Positions 24,796 to 34,069 of a stretch of DNA of 64,000 bases are shown in pieces. A program made the translations under genes and the position numbers. The notes beneath the pieces are model-generated. The model had not been told where the DNA came from. It made no database searches and saw nothing but the letters and a program-made list of their open reading frames with translations. The first letter of the stretch is position 1, and each line of letters starts with the position of its first letter. Source of the DNA: a phage; the sequence record PZ495249.1. The stretch is one strand, 5' to 3'.

Positions 24796-25956
24796 ATGTT
24801 CACACAATTCGGTAGCCAAATCTTCCTGCGTCAGAAATCCGGTGTTGATATCGACGTAATTCCAGCGGGTACTTATGGTATCGGCGTTACAATGGAAGGT
24901 GCGTTTTATCTGTACCCTAAAAACGATATGGAAGTGCCAGCCGTAACCTACGGCGACACAGATGACAAGTCCGAACGTATCATCAAGACGTTCCTGAGCC
25001 GTGATGGTAAGAACACTGGTGTTCTCCTGGAAGGTACTAAAGGCAGTGGTAAAACCCTGCAAGCGAAAATGCTGTCAGTGGCACTGCGTAAACAGGGCAT
25101 CCCTACCATCTCCATCGGTAGCCCGTTCAACGGTGAAGCGTTCATCAACTTCATGTCGAAAATCAAACAGCCGATCATGGTGATGGTGGATGAATTCGAT
25201 AAGCTTTATGCTGAGAAAGAACACCAGGACGGTCTGCTTACTCTGCTGGATGGTGTCGGTGGTTACAACAAACTGTTCGTTCTGACCAAAAACGATGGTT
25301 ATGTTTCTGAATTCCTGCGCAACCGACCAAGCCGTATCTTCTATAGCTTTAGCTATAAGAAACTGCCTAAGTCTACGCTGGATGATTACCTGGATAAAAA
25401 CCTGGTAAACAAAGCGTTCGTTGCAGACTTCGAAACTCTGTACAACCTGTCAGCAGATCTGAACTTCGACGTAATTCAGTCGCTGGTAGAAGAACTGAAC
25501 CGTTACCCTGACGATAAGTTCTCTGATGCGCTGAACCTGATGGGTATTTCGATCAACGAAGGTAGCCGTTCTGCCAAAGAGATTAAAACTCTGAAAGTGA
25601 ATGGTGTAGATCGTCTGCAAGATGTCCGTGGATTCGATCTGTCTGGAATGTCAGCACAGTCCCTGTTCCAGGGCGCTAAGTTCCAGATCAACGTAGACCA
25701 CAAAGAAGGTACTGAACGTCTGCCTAACATGAAAGGTGTTGTTACCCTTGACCAGCAGGACGCTGACGGCGATTGGTACTATGATTGCGACAAGATCTTC
25801 ATCAGCTACGATGAGAAGAGCATTAAGAGCATGGGCGGAGATGGTTATCACTTCGTGTTCGCTCAGGGCGATAACGTCATTGAGATTGAGGTGAAACAGA
25901 AAGAAACCCTCAACTACATGGATTACGCCTTCTCAGGCGCAGGTTACAACTACTAA
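24796..25956 (+). CDS. P-loop ATPase (AAA-like), paralog of 7140..8264
   Basis: track ORF 24751..25956 trimmed to Met with AAGGAGAAA RBS; Walker A GTKGSGKT; Walker B VMVDEFD. Confidence 0.75.
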   Translation: MFTQFGSQIFLRQKSGVDIDVIPAGTYGIGVTMEGAFYLYPKNDMEVPAVTYGDTDDKSERIIKTFLSRDGKNTGVLLEGTKGSGKTLQAKMLSVALRKQGIPTISIGSPFNGEAFINFMSKIKQPIMVMVDEFDKLYAEKEHQDGLLTLLDGVGGYNKLFVLTKNDGYVSEFLRNRPSRIFYSFSYKKLPKSTLDDYLDKNLVNKAFVADFETLYNLSADLNFDVIQSLVEELNRYPDDKFSDALNLMGISINEGSRSAKEIKTLKVNGVDRLQDVRGFDLSGMSAQSLFQGAKFQINVDHKEGTERLPNMKGVVTLDQQDADGDWYYDCDKIFISYDEKSIKSMGGDGYHFVFAQGDNVIEIEVKQKETLNYMDYAFSGAGYNY

Positions 25957-25960
25957 TTGA

Positions 25961-25986
25961 AAGGGGCGAAAGCCCCTTTCTTGTTT
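25961..25986 (+). terminator. rho-independent terminator
   Basis: GGGGC-GAAA-GCCCC stem plus TTTCTTGTTT; after ATPase gene. Confidence 0.6.
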
Positions 25987-25995
25987 GGAGGATTT

Positions 25996-26187
25996 ATGGC
26001 TCAGTTTTATTTCTATAAAGATCAGATCGATAGTGCAAAGGGGTTCGTAGAAAAGAGTGATCGAGATACTCGTGAAATGCTCGGTACTCTGGTGGAAATC
26101 CTACAAAGAAAAGAGTTGCTTTCTGATAGAGACATTGCTAATATTGTTGGCATTGAACCGTATGAGTTAGAACGCGCACCTTTCTAA
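25996..26187 (+). CDS. hypothetical protein (63 aa)
   Basis: track ORF 25957..26187 trimmed to Met with GGAGGA RBS; longer form would include the terminator hairpin. Confidence 0.5.
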   Translation: MAQFYFYKDQIDSAKGFVEKSDRDTREMLGTLVEILQRKELLSDRDIANIVGIEPYELERAPF

Positions 26188-26197
26188 GGAGGAAACA

Positions 26198-26803
26198 ATG
26201 AAACATAAGCTGATCGTCAACCTGCCACGCACCAACGGTGAACCTCTTGGTGTTCCAGTGGAGAAGGTGTGGAAAGCGCACTTTCATCTCACCCTGGCAG
26301 ATGTAAATAGTGAACAACTCATGGAGGCAGCAAAATTGATTGGTGCAAAATGTACCACAATCGATCTGCACCGTGATACTCAGTCACAGCGTGACCGTAT
26401 GCTCACTAAATACCAGGCGGGTATTGAGACAGATCTTATGTTGGATTGTGTAGCAAAACTCGAAGACGCTGGATTCAAGGTGGTACGCTATAAACTGGAA
26501 CGGATGTTCCGACATATTGCGTGTGTGATGTTTATGGATCTCAGTAAAGAGCATTACGGGGAAGTTCATATCAAAACTCCCGCCAGTACGCCGGAAATTG
26601 ACACTGGCTTCTTCCGTATCTCTTCCAATGCCGAAGAGGTTGATTATCGCTTCTATAATGCCCGTTTGTATTCCGCAGAAGATAAGTTGCGTTTCAATGA
26701 GGCGTATGGTATGCTTCTGTTAAATGGAATCGAAATGAAGAGCTATCACGTAGAACAAGTGATAGTAGATAGTAACTTAAACCTTGACGCATGGTGGGCT
26801 TAA
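26198..26803 (+). CDS. hypothetical protein (201 aa), possible 2H-phosphoesterase-like H-x-T-x motif
   Basis: track ORF; AAGGAGGAAA RBS; single HLTL motif only. Confidence 0.6.
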   Translation: MKHKLIVNLPRTNGEPLGVPVEKVWKAHFHLTLADVNSEQLMEAAKLIGAKCTTIDLHRDTQSQRDRMLTKYQAGIETDLMLDCVAKLEDAGFKVVRYKLERMFRHIACVMFMDLSKEHYGEVHIKTPASTPEIDTGFFRISSNAEEVDYRFYNARLYSAEDKLRFNEAYGMLLLNGIEMKSYHVEQVIVDSNLNLDAWWA

Positions 26804-26804
26804 T

Positions 26805-27464
26805 ATGACAATCAAACACATCTCTTTTGACGTATGGAATACCCTGATCACTGCTAATCCTCGTTATGCTTACGAGCGTACAGAAATTATTTCTTACTTT
26901 GGCGGAGTAGCTCCAGAAGAGGCAGATGCTGCCTATGCACACGTCAAACGTGTGTTGGATATGAATGCTGAACACATGTTGTGTGGTGATCAATATCACG
27001 CATGGTGGGCGTTGGGTAGACACTTGGGTGTAGATCGAAAATCAGCAGAGCAGATGAAAAAGTATTCTGAGATGGCTTTCCTGGTGAATCCACCACACCT
27101 GAGTATGGATTTGGTTGACCAACTGATTAATCTGGCGATGGATTATGAGTTGAGCATTAAGAGCAATACCAACTTCATTCCTGGATATATTCTGGCACAG
27201 GCTGTCGGTTTTGATCGTATGCCCTTCTGGGCTTTCATGCACTTTTCTGATAACTGGGAAATGTGTAAACCTGATAAACGCTTCTTTGACCAGACAGTTC
27301 TTCGATCTTACAATCGCCAGCTTCAACCTGACGAAGTGTTGCACATCGGAGATAGTGAAATTTTTGATGGGAAATGTGTTGACGCAGGATTTAATTTCTG
27401 TCACATTAAGAACCCACAAGACCTGTTAGAGAAACTGCAAAAAGGAGAAATCATCAATGCGTAA
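26805..27464 (+). CDS. HAD-superfamily hydrolase-like protein
   Basis: track ORF 26784..27464 trimmed to ATG; motif I ISFDVWNTLI (atypical second position), motif III KPDKR, motif IV GDSEIFDG. Confidence 0.65.
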   Translation: MTIKHISFDVWNTLITANPRYAYERTEIISYFGGVAPEEADAAYAHVKRVLDMNAEHMLCGDQYHAWWALGRHLGVDRKSAEQMKKYSEMAFLVNPPHLSMDLVDQLINLAMDYELSIKSNTNFIPGYILAQAVGFDRMPFWAFMHFSDNWEMCKPDKRFFDQTVLRSYNRQLQPDEVLHIGDSEIFDGKCVDAGFNFCHIKNPQDLLEKLQKGEIINA

Positions 27465-28290
27465 CCAGAAACAACACTTCGCCCATGTCTTTAGCGACCT
27501 GACTGTTGCTTGTTTTAATACTGCCGACTACTCACGTCTGAAATTCGGTAGTAATCAAGCTGCGAAGCGTATGGGACGTAAACTGGCAGAGAGCTTCTAT
27601 GAAGCCCACAAACTGCGTCTGTTGAACGAACAGTTCGTGGTGATACCTTCGCCTTACAACTACGTTAAAAACGCAGCTACGGTGTTGTCAGAGCATTTTG
27701 TAGACCATCTCAACTATCTGATGAACCGTATGGGTGGTGCTTACCCAATTGAGTGGGATATCATCCATCGTAAGGTAAGTTACATTAATGATTACGGCTT
27801 CCTGAGTAAGGAAGATCGTAAGGCTCTGATCGATGGCGACACGTTCTCCATCAATAAAGACTTTTGGGGCAACAAGAATCTGATCTTCATTGATGACGTG
27901 AATATCACAGGAACCCATGAGGATAAGCTGATTGAGATCCTGGATGCAGAGAATGTAACTAACGACACATTTTTCCTGTACTTTGCCAAGTATAACGGCA
28001 ATGAGGCAAACACCGAAGCGGCGCTGAATTTCAGCGACATTAACAGTGTCTCTGCATTTGTGCAGATGATCAAGGATGAACCAGATGCCAAGTGTTTGGT
28101 ACGTCCAATCAAATATCTGATGAGCCAGAGTGAGATCACATTTAAGGTGGCACTCAGCCAGCTTCCGCTATCTTATGTTGAAGCACTCTACTTCGGCTGC
28201 CTGGCGGAAGGTTACAACAGCATTGAGAAATATGAAGAGAACTTTGAGTTCTTGGAACACTTCTTTGAAAGTAACATCTTGAACAAGTAA
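27457..28290 (+). CDS. type I phosphoribosyltransferase-fold protein
   Basis: PRPP-binding-loop-like LIFIDDVNITGTHEDKL; AAGGAGAAA RBS. Confidence 0.65.
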   Translation: MRNQKQHFAHVFSDLTVACFNTADYSRLKFGSNQAAKRMGRKLAESFYEAHKLRLLNEQFVVIPSPYNYVKNAATVLSEHFVDHLNYLMNRMGGAYPIEWDIIHRKVSYINDYGFLSKEDRKALIDGDTFSINKDFWGNKNLIFIDDVNITGTHEDKLIEILDAENVTNDTFFLYFAKYNGNEANTEAALNFSDINSVSAFVQMIKDEPDAKCLVRPIKYLMSQSEITFKVALSQLPLSYVEALYFGCLAEGYNSIEKYEENFEFLEHFFESNILNK

Positions 28291-28299
28291 GGAGAGAGA

Positions 28300-28857
28300 A
28301 TGCTAAGAGAGATTAAAGAAATATGGGCTTCTGATGCAGGACGTATTGCAGTATCTGCTGATGGTACATACGAAGTGATATTTAAACACATCACCAGGGT
28401 AGATGATGAGGGAGGGGTGTTTGCTCTGGTTGAAAGCAACATGCGTGATGGTGGTATCTTCAGTGATTTTGCTATTATTGGTGGGCGTCAGAAAATGTTT
28501 TGGAAATGCGAATATGCCAAGGAGTTAGACTATCCCGAAATGACACTGGATATATCCGCAGCAGTACATGCCAGTCGTTATGTTAATCAACCTCGTGGTG
28601 TATTTGAGGTAATGGCTTATCTCACTTCCGAAACCGGAGAATGTGCAGATTGGCTGGTAAACCCTGATCGTCAGAAAGAAGATCTCTTGGGAGAGTGTGC
28701 TGACGTTATTATCTGCGCATTGGACCTTGCACTGATGCACAAGAAGTCAACCAGTGGTCTTGATGGTCAGGAACTGGCAGACGAAGTGATCAGTCATCTC
28801 AATGATCTGCTGAAAGTTAAAGCTGAGAAATGGTTGGATAAACATGCAGCAGATTGA
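28300..28857 (+). CDS. hypothetical protein, possibly MazG-like helical NTP pyrophosphohydrolase
   Basis: track ORF; AAGGAGAGAGA RBS; ECADVIICALDLALMH helix. Confidence 0.55.
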   Translation: MLREIKEIWASDAGRIAVSADGTYEVIFKHITRVDDEGGVFALVESNMRDGGIFSDFAIIGGRQKMFWKCEYAKELDYPEMTLDISAAVHASRYVNQPRGVFEVMAYLTSETGECADWLVNPDRQKEDLLGECADVIICALDLALMHKKSTSGLDGQELADEVISHLNDLLKVKAEKWLDKHAAD

Positions 28858-29332
28858 ACCTATTCAATACCGAGAAGGAGATCTTCTTGTCGCAGCTTCG
28901 GAAGGTGAAGTAGATGCGATTGCGCACTGCTGCAACTGCTGGAACACAATGAGGAGCGGCATTGCTCCCAAGATTAAGGCTAAATGGCCTGATGTGTACG
29001 CCGCAGATTGTGCAACTATTAAAGGCGACAAGTACAAACTTGGTGGCTACAGTAAAGCTGTAGTTGAGGATGGTTTCCTGACTGTCTACAACCTGTACGG
29101 ACAGTACGGGGATAGTAAACGAGATCAAGGCATTCGTGACCTGAATTACAATGCCATCTACGATGCACTGGATGCGATGGGAGCAGACCTGGTAGCCAAT
29201 GGTGCAAGACGTGTGGGTTTACCCCTGATCGGTTGTGGCTTGGCTGGAGGTAAGTGGTCTGTCGTTGAGGCCATGATCAAAGAAACTCTGACGCTGAGAG
29301 GCTTAGAGGTAATTGTTTATCAATTGAAGTAA
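28844..29332 (+). CDS. macro-domain (ADP-ribose-binding/processing) protein
   Basis: GDLL...VDAIAHCCNC and GLPLIGCGLAGG motifs typical of macro domains. Confidence 0.7.
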   Translation: MQQIEPIQYREGDLLVAASEGEVDAIAHCCNCWNTMRSGIAPKIKAKWPDVYAADCATIKGDKYKLGGYSKAVVEDGFLTVYNLYGQYGDSKRDQGIRDLNYNAIYDALDAMGADLVANGARRVGLPLIGCGLAGGKWSVVEAMIKETLTLRGLEVIVYQLK

Positions 29333-29342
29333 GGAGAAAATT

Positions 29343-29546
29343 ATGGAGTTTATTGTAGGATTGTTATTTCTGGTGGTCATATTCCTGATTTGCCTGATCC
29401 CAACGTGGTTGCTGATGTTGGCATATAACTACATTGTTGTGCTCGTTGGTCATCCTAACTGGGAAATCCCTGTCACGCTGTTGAGTGTGGTATGTGTCGC
29501 ATTCATTCTGACAGTGATCCGTGGAATATTCCGAGGTCGAAAATGA
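29343..29546 (+). CDS. small membrane protein (67 aa)
   Basis: track ORF; AAGGAGAAAA RBS; two hydrophobic helices. Confidence 0.5.
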   Translation: MEFIVGLLFLVVIFLICLIPTWLLMLAYNYIVVLVGHPNWEIPVTLLSVVCVAFILTVIRGIFRGRK

Positions 29547-29758
29547 AAAGAATTTTGTTGACTCTGGCTCTCGTCCTCGGTACTATGGGGACAGCTAACG
29601 CCGATGAGGTGAGAGTGAATCAGGTTTACGATGGTTGGGATGCTGTGAATAAGATCTTCATCATGCAGGATGATCAGAACCACAAGTTCTGTTACATCGT
29701 AAGCAATTCGAGCGGTTCAGTTGGTATGTACTGTTTCGATAAAGAAAGTTCAAAATAA
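29543..29758 (+). CDS. small secreted protein with signal peptide (71 aa)
   Basis: track ORF 29492..29758 trimmed to Met with GAGGT RBS; MKRILLTLALVLGTMGTANA. Confidence 0.5.
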   Translation: MKRILLTLALVLGTMGTANADEVRVNQVYDGWDAVNKIFIMQDDQNHKFCYIVSNSSGSVGMYCFDKESSK

Positions 29759-29839
29759 CGCTTGACTCTGTGCGAAAAGAGAGTAAAGTATAAGTTATCA
29801 AGAGGGAGATAGGCTCCCTCTTCAAAAGAGGAGAAAAAC

Positions 29840-30820
29840 ATGACTCATTTCGGATTCCCACTGCTGGATATCGCAGTGCTGGTTGGTGTACTGGTACTGT
29901 CAATCGTAGTGGACTTCTTCGGTCATAAGGAGAATAAAGAGATTGGTATTAAAAGTGCGCTGGCATGGTCAGCATTCTGGATTGCCCTGGCGTTTGCGTA
30001 CTACGGTTTTATTTGGGTAGAGTACGGTAAAGAATTTGCTTCCCTCTTCCTAAGCGGGTATGTATTAGAGAAGTCCTTGTCGGTGGATAACCTGATGGTG
30101 TTCATGGCAATCTTTGCAAGTTTCGGTATCAAATCGACACACTTGCAGCATAAGATTCTGCTTTGGGGTATCGCAGGTGCAATCGTCTTCCGTGGTATCT
30201 TTGTAGCAGCAGGTACTGCACTGTTCAACCTTCACTGGTCTGTACAAGTGTTGTTCGGTTTGATTGTCGCATGGTCTGCAATGGCTATCATCAAAGGCGG
30301 TGAGGATGAAGAAGATGTGGATTACTCCAAACACTGGGCTACCCGTTTGGTTGGTAAGATCCTTCCGGTTCATCCGGCTCTTGATGGCGAGAAGTTCATC
30401 ACGATCAAAAACAATATCAAATACGCAACTCCAGCCCTGCTGTGTGTGTTCGTGGTAGAGTTTACTGACGTAATCTTCTCCTTCGACTCTGTACCTGCGG
30501 TGATCGGTGTGACACAAGAACCTCTGCTGGTTTACTCTGCGATGCTGTTCGCAATCCTGGGTTTACGTGCTTTGTTCTTCGTGCTGAGTGTTGCAGTTAA
30601 GTATCTGGTTCACCTGGAGAAAGCAGTGGCGGTGGTCCTGGTGTTTGTTGGTGCTAAACTGATTTACCACCCGTTCGGTGAAACGTTACATGCTAAGTGG
30701 GCGTTCCTGCCACACGATATCTCAGCCAACGTTAGTCTGTATATCGTACTGGGTACTTTGGCACTGGGTGTTCTGGCAAGCCTGGTCTTCCCTGAAAAAG
30801 AAGACGAAGCAACAGCTTAA
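29840..30820 (+). CDS. terC: TerC-family integral membrane protein
   Basis: LEKSLSVDNLMVF and FSFDSVPAVIGVT...AILGLRALFF motifs; about 9 helices; terminator downstream. Confidence 0.85.
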   Translation: MTHFGFPLLDIAVLVGVLVLSIVVDFFGHKENKEIGIKSALAWSAFWIALAFAYYGFIWVEYGKEFASLFLSGYVLEKSLSVDNLMVFMAIFASFGIKSTHLQHKILLWGIAGAIVFRGIFVAAGTALFNLHWSVQVLFGLIVAWSAMAIIKGGEDEEDVDYSKHWATRLVGKILPVHPALDGEKFITIKNNIKYATPALLCVFVVEFTDVIFSFDSVPAVIGVTQEPLLVYSAMLFAILGLRALFFVLSVAVKYLVHLEKAVAVVLVFVGAKLIYHPFGETLHAKWAFLPHDISANVSLYIVLGTLALGVLASLVFPEKEDEATA

Positions 30821-30825
30821 TCAAA

Positions 30826-30850
30826 AGAGCCTCCTTCGGGAGGCTTTTGT
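30826..30850 (+). terminator. rho-independent terminator
   Basis: GCCTCC-TTCG-GGAGGC stem plus TTTT; after terC. Confidence 0.6.
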
Positions 30851-30864
30851 ATAAGGAGAGAGAA

Positions 30865-31062
30865 GTGAAAATCTTAAAAGTGATCTGGATCGTGTTTGAA
30901 AATATTTGTTACGCAATCGGATTTTTATTTTTGTTCACGGTGTTGACAATGGTACTTAACGGAGGTACTATTGAAATCATGAAAGACGGGAAGCAAACAT
31001 ATTGCTACTCGACCGATAAAACTAAATGTGAAATTTCAAGCGAGGAGAACAAACATGACTAA
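30865..31062 (+). CDS. small membrane protein (65 aa), GTG start
   Basis: track ORF 30847..31062 trimmed to GTG preceded by AAGGAGAGAGAA. Confidence 0.45.
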   Translation: MKILKVIWIVFENICYAIGFLFLFTVLTMVLNGGTIEIMKDGKQTYCYSTDKTKCEISSEENKHD

Positions 31063-31618
31063 TATGAAACTGGTACTGGGTGCTGTGATCGTTCTGGGTG
31101 CAAGTATGCTGGCAGGTTGTGATGACGATGTTCCAAAACAAACTCAATACGTCCCTGCTCCTCAGCAGCAGATGGTGGATGAGCAATACGTTAACCAACC
31201 AGCGCCTCAAGTTGTTCAGGCGGCTCCTGCTCCGGTTATCGTTCAAAGCGGCGGTCATGATTCGGGTGTTGGTGATTTTGCCACTGGTATGATCCTGGGT
31301 CACATGATGAGCGGTGGTGGTAACGGTGGTGGTTATAGCAATAACTCCAGCCGTACCACGATCATCAATAACAACACCGTAGCACAGCCTCGTAGTGGTA
31401 GTAGCTATTCCAGCAAGACCACTCGTTATTATAACAACAGCGGTAAGCAGGTGTATCAAACGCAGTCCCGTCCGACTATGAGCACTAACAGCGCATACTC
31501 GGCTAAGAAATCCTACTCCAGCCCAATGAGTAGCTATAGTAAACCATCTCGTAGTTATAGCAGCAGCAAGAGCTTCTCCTCAAGTCGTAGCAGCTTTAGC
31601 TCAAGTCGTCGTCGCTAA
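31055..31618 (+). CDS. lipoprotein with Ser/Tyr-rich C-terminal tail
   Basis: track ORF 31028..31618 trimmed to Met with GAGGAGA RBS; lipobox LAGC. Confidence 0.65.
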   Translation: MTNMKLVLGAVIVLGASMLAGCDDDVPKQTQYVPAPQQQMVDEQYVNQPAPQVVQAAPAPVIVQSGGHDSGVGDFATGMILGHMMSGGGNGGGYSNNSSRTTIINNNTVAQPRSGSSYSSKTTRYYNNSGKQVYQTQSRPTMSTNSAYSAKKSYSSPMSSYSKPSRSYSSSKSFSSSRSSFSSSRRR

Positions 31619-31630
31619 TAAGGAGGCAAT

Positions 31631-31870
31631 ATGTTTAAGAATGCAAAGAAAGGTGATATCGCAGTAATGGTTGACACAGACTTCTCGGCACACGGGGATA
31701 AAGATCAACTGGAAATCGTCCTGGTTGACGAAGACGGTATCTACGTCTACGATCCGAATGACCGACTGCTGTTTCAGCACGAAAGTGGCGTTGAATTCAG
31801 CTTCCTTATTGATTTTGATGGCACATTAGCAGGACGTGAGCCAGCAATTAAAGAAATCATTCCGCAGTAA
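31631..31870 (+). CDS. hypothetical protein (79 aa)
   Basis: track ORF; AAGGAGG RBS. Confidence 0.55.
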   Translation: MFKNAKKGDIAVMVDTDFSAHGDKDQLEIVLVDEDGIYVYDPNDRLLFQHESGVEFSFLIDFDGTLAGREPAIKEIIPQ

Positions 31871-31939
31871 GGTTGACTTTTGCTTAGAGGGATAATAAAG
31901 TCCCTCTCGTCAAGAGAAACCAATAACAAAGGAGAGAAC

Positions 31940-32503
31940 ATGCAACTTATCGTAAATAATGTGTACCACCTGACCGGAGAAGGTTTCGCGGAGAGTGTTC
32001 TGGAAGATAACAGCAATCTTTTCAGACTTGTTCGCATTGAAAACAACGGTGATTGGGTGTTTAAGGGTGTAACAACAGGAACTACTCAATTCTCTGGTGC
32101 TGATATGGTGAAAACTGGTGAAGCCGTTATTACGCCAATGTACCCAGTTCTTCAAACAGAAAAACCAAAACGTGCCAAACGTAAAAAGGGTGAACGAAAC
32201 AAAGCCCCAACTGTAAATAAAGCGACAATTACTTTCACAAGTGGAGAGCAGTATACAGTGAAAGACTTTATTTCCATCGAAGTAACTGCTGAGAAGGTTG
32301 TCTTTATCATGGAAGATAACTGGAAAGATACTGTAAACTACCGTCAAGCAATCACCGTACCTAATGATGATGTTGCGCGTGTCAAAGTCCGTGGTGTTAA
32401 CCATCAATTTGAACTGGATATGTCACTCACCAACTTGGGGACTGTGATCCTCGAAGCTGAGGGTGCAGAAATGTACACATCCTCCATTAACATGACTGTA
32501 TAA
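31940..32503 (+). CDS. hypothetical protein (187 aa)
   Basis: track ORF 31880..32503 trimmed to Met with AAAGGAGAGAA RBS. Confidence 0.6.
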   Translation: MQLIVNNVYHLTGEGFAESVLEDNSNLFRLVRIENNGDWVFKGVTTGTTQFSGADMVKTGEAVITPMYPVLQTEKPKRAKRKKGERNKAPTVNKATITFTSGEQYTVKDFISIEVTAEKVVFIMEDNWKDTVNYRQAITVPNDDVARVKVRGVNHQFELDMSLTNLGTVILEAEGAEMYTSSINMTV

Positions 32504-32513
32504 GGAGAAAGAA

Positions 32514-33617
32514 ATGTCTAAGAGTCCATTCCTGAATGCCGTGAAAGGCAATAAGCATGGTGCAAGTGTTCTGACCACTGTTGATGACAAACGCTCTGCA
32601 CTGGCTCCAAGTGTGCTGGAAGCAAGCCCTGTGTTTGCTCCGGCAGTTGTTAAACCTGTACCTGCTCTTCCTGCAATGAGCCGCAAGGAGATTGATGGAG
32701 TGGGCGCTGAGGCAGGACTAACTCTGCGTAGCCTCAACAGCGAAGTGCTGAAACACCAACGTGGTAATCAAGGCGGGGAGATGAATGAACGCCTCACTGC
32801 CCTGATTAAACAGGCTAAACAGCTTGATCCTTCTTCAATCAAGCAGTCAAAAGGCGTTGGTAAATTCATCAAGAAGATCATGGGGCTGAAAGAAGATCTG
32901 TTTGCTGAGTACGACAACGTTAACAACCGTATTGATGTTCTGGTGAAAGAACTGGAAGGTGATGTACGTAAAGAGGAAGATTCACTTGTCTATCTGGAAA
33001 AACTGAAATCCGCTATTGCTCAGTACGCCATGAGCCTTAACCGTGATGTGGAACTCCTGACGGACACCTACGCAAAAGAGGAAGCACGTTTCTTGAATAC
33101 ACCAGAGGAACAAGTGGAAACTCGTACCGAGATCCGTGATACCCTGGATATTCTGGAGATTCGTATTGCTGACCTTAAAGCACTGCGTCTGCTGTGTGTT
33201 CAGATGGGACCACGAGTGAACAGTATGATCAAGGTTAGCGAGATGCTTATGCGATCTGCTCGTAACATAGTGAACAACGTTATTCCGGCTTACTCTGCAA
33301 ACTTCTCAATGTATATTGAGAGCTTACGCCAGGCAGAAGCTGGTAAAACTCAGGCTAATGTGTTGGATGAATTCAACACTGCAATTCAAATGGGGAGCGA
33401 TTTGGCTGCACAAAACATTATCAATGCTACGGCTCTGTCTAACCGTCAGATTCTGGACATTGAAACCCTGCGTAAAGATCAGGAAAACCTGGTTAAAATG
33501 CTGGAAGAAACCAACCGCATCAATACCGAGGCTCGCGCCGCTCGTATTGATTACATCAACGAGGTTCAATCCCTGGAAGATGGGATGATCCAAAAAGTCA
33601 AATCTGGCTTAGTGTAA
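32514..33617 (+). CDS. TelA-like (toxic anion resistance family) helical protein
   Basis: track ORF; AAGGAGAAAGA RBS; all-helical 367 aa; C-terminal ILDIETLRKDQENL..EETNRIN pattern recalled from TelA/YaaN proteins. Confidence 0.6.
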   Translation: MSKSPFLNAVKGNKHGASVLTTVDDKRSALAPSVLEASPVFAPAVVKPVPALPAMSRKEIDGVGAEAGLTLRSLNSEVLKHQRGNQGGEMNERLTALIKQAKQLDPSSIKQSKGVGKFIKKIMGLKEDLFAEYDNVNNRIDVLVKELEGDVRKEEDSLVYLEKLKSAIAQYAMSLNRDVELLTDTYAKEEARFLNTPEEQVETRTEIRDTLDILEIRIADLKALRLLCVQMGPRVNSMIKVSEMLMRSARNIVNNVIPAYSANFSMYIESLRQAEAGKTQANVLDEFNTAIQMGSDLAAQNIINATALSNRQILDIETLRKDQENLVKMLEETNRINTEARAARIDYINEVQSLEDGMIQKVKSGLV

Positions 33618-33626
33618 GGAGAAAAC

Positions 33627-33833
33627 ATGCGAATTCGTATTTATAAACTGGAAGATGGGTATGTAGCTGTTCGTTATGATGATGAAGAGCAGTTTGCAGG
33701 GAACAGTGATCATATTTTATCTTTCCCTAATCTGGAGCCTGTGTTGGCTGTTGGTCGTGAACTCTATGGTTATGACCAGTGTTCAGCAGAACGCTTTGAT
33801 GAACTTGAGTTGGTCAAGGAGTTTGAGGTATGA
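33627..33833 (+). CDS. hypothetical protein (68 aa)
   Basis: track ORF; AAGGAGAAAAC RBS. Confidence 0.5.
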   Translation: MRIRIYKLEDGYVAVRYDDEEQFAGNSDHILSFPNLEPVLAVGRELYGYDQCSAERFDELELVKEFEV

Positions 33834-34069
33834 AGATTGCTCTCGTAATTGCCGATTGCGGTGATGGTAGCGCCACTATTCGTTTCTTCAAAGATGTTGA
33901 CTTTGCGGAGAAGATCGCTTACCATGATTACTTCTGTGAAGAGTTAGCAATGAGCGAAGGTGGAACAATCATCGAAGTGCCTGATGACTTCAAACCACCC
34001 GCTGGTTGGTCAGATCAAGACTATCGTGAAGAAGTAGAACGTGCAGGGTTGGATTTAGACGATGAGTGA
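33830..34069 (+). CDS. acidic hypothetical protein (79 aa)
   Basis: track ORF; ATGA overlap. Confidence 0.5.
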   Translation: MKIALVIADCGDGSATIRFFKDVDFAEKIAYHDYFCEELAMSEGGTIIEVPDDFKPPAGWSDQDYREEVERAGLDLDDE

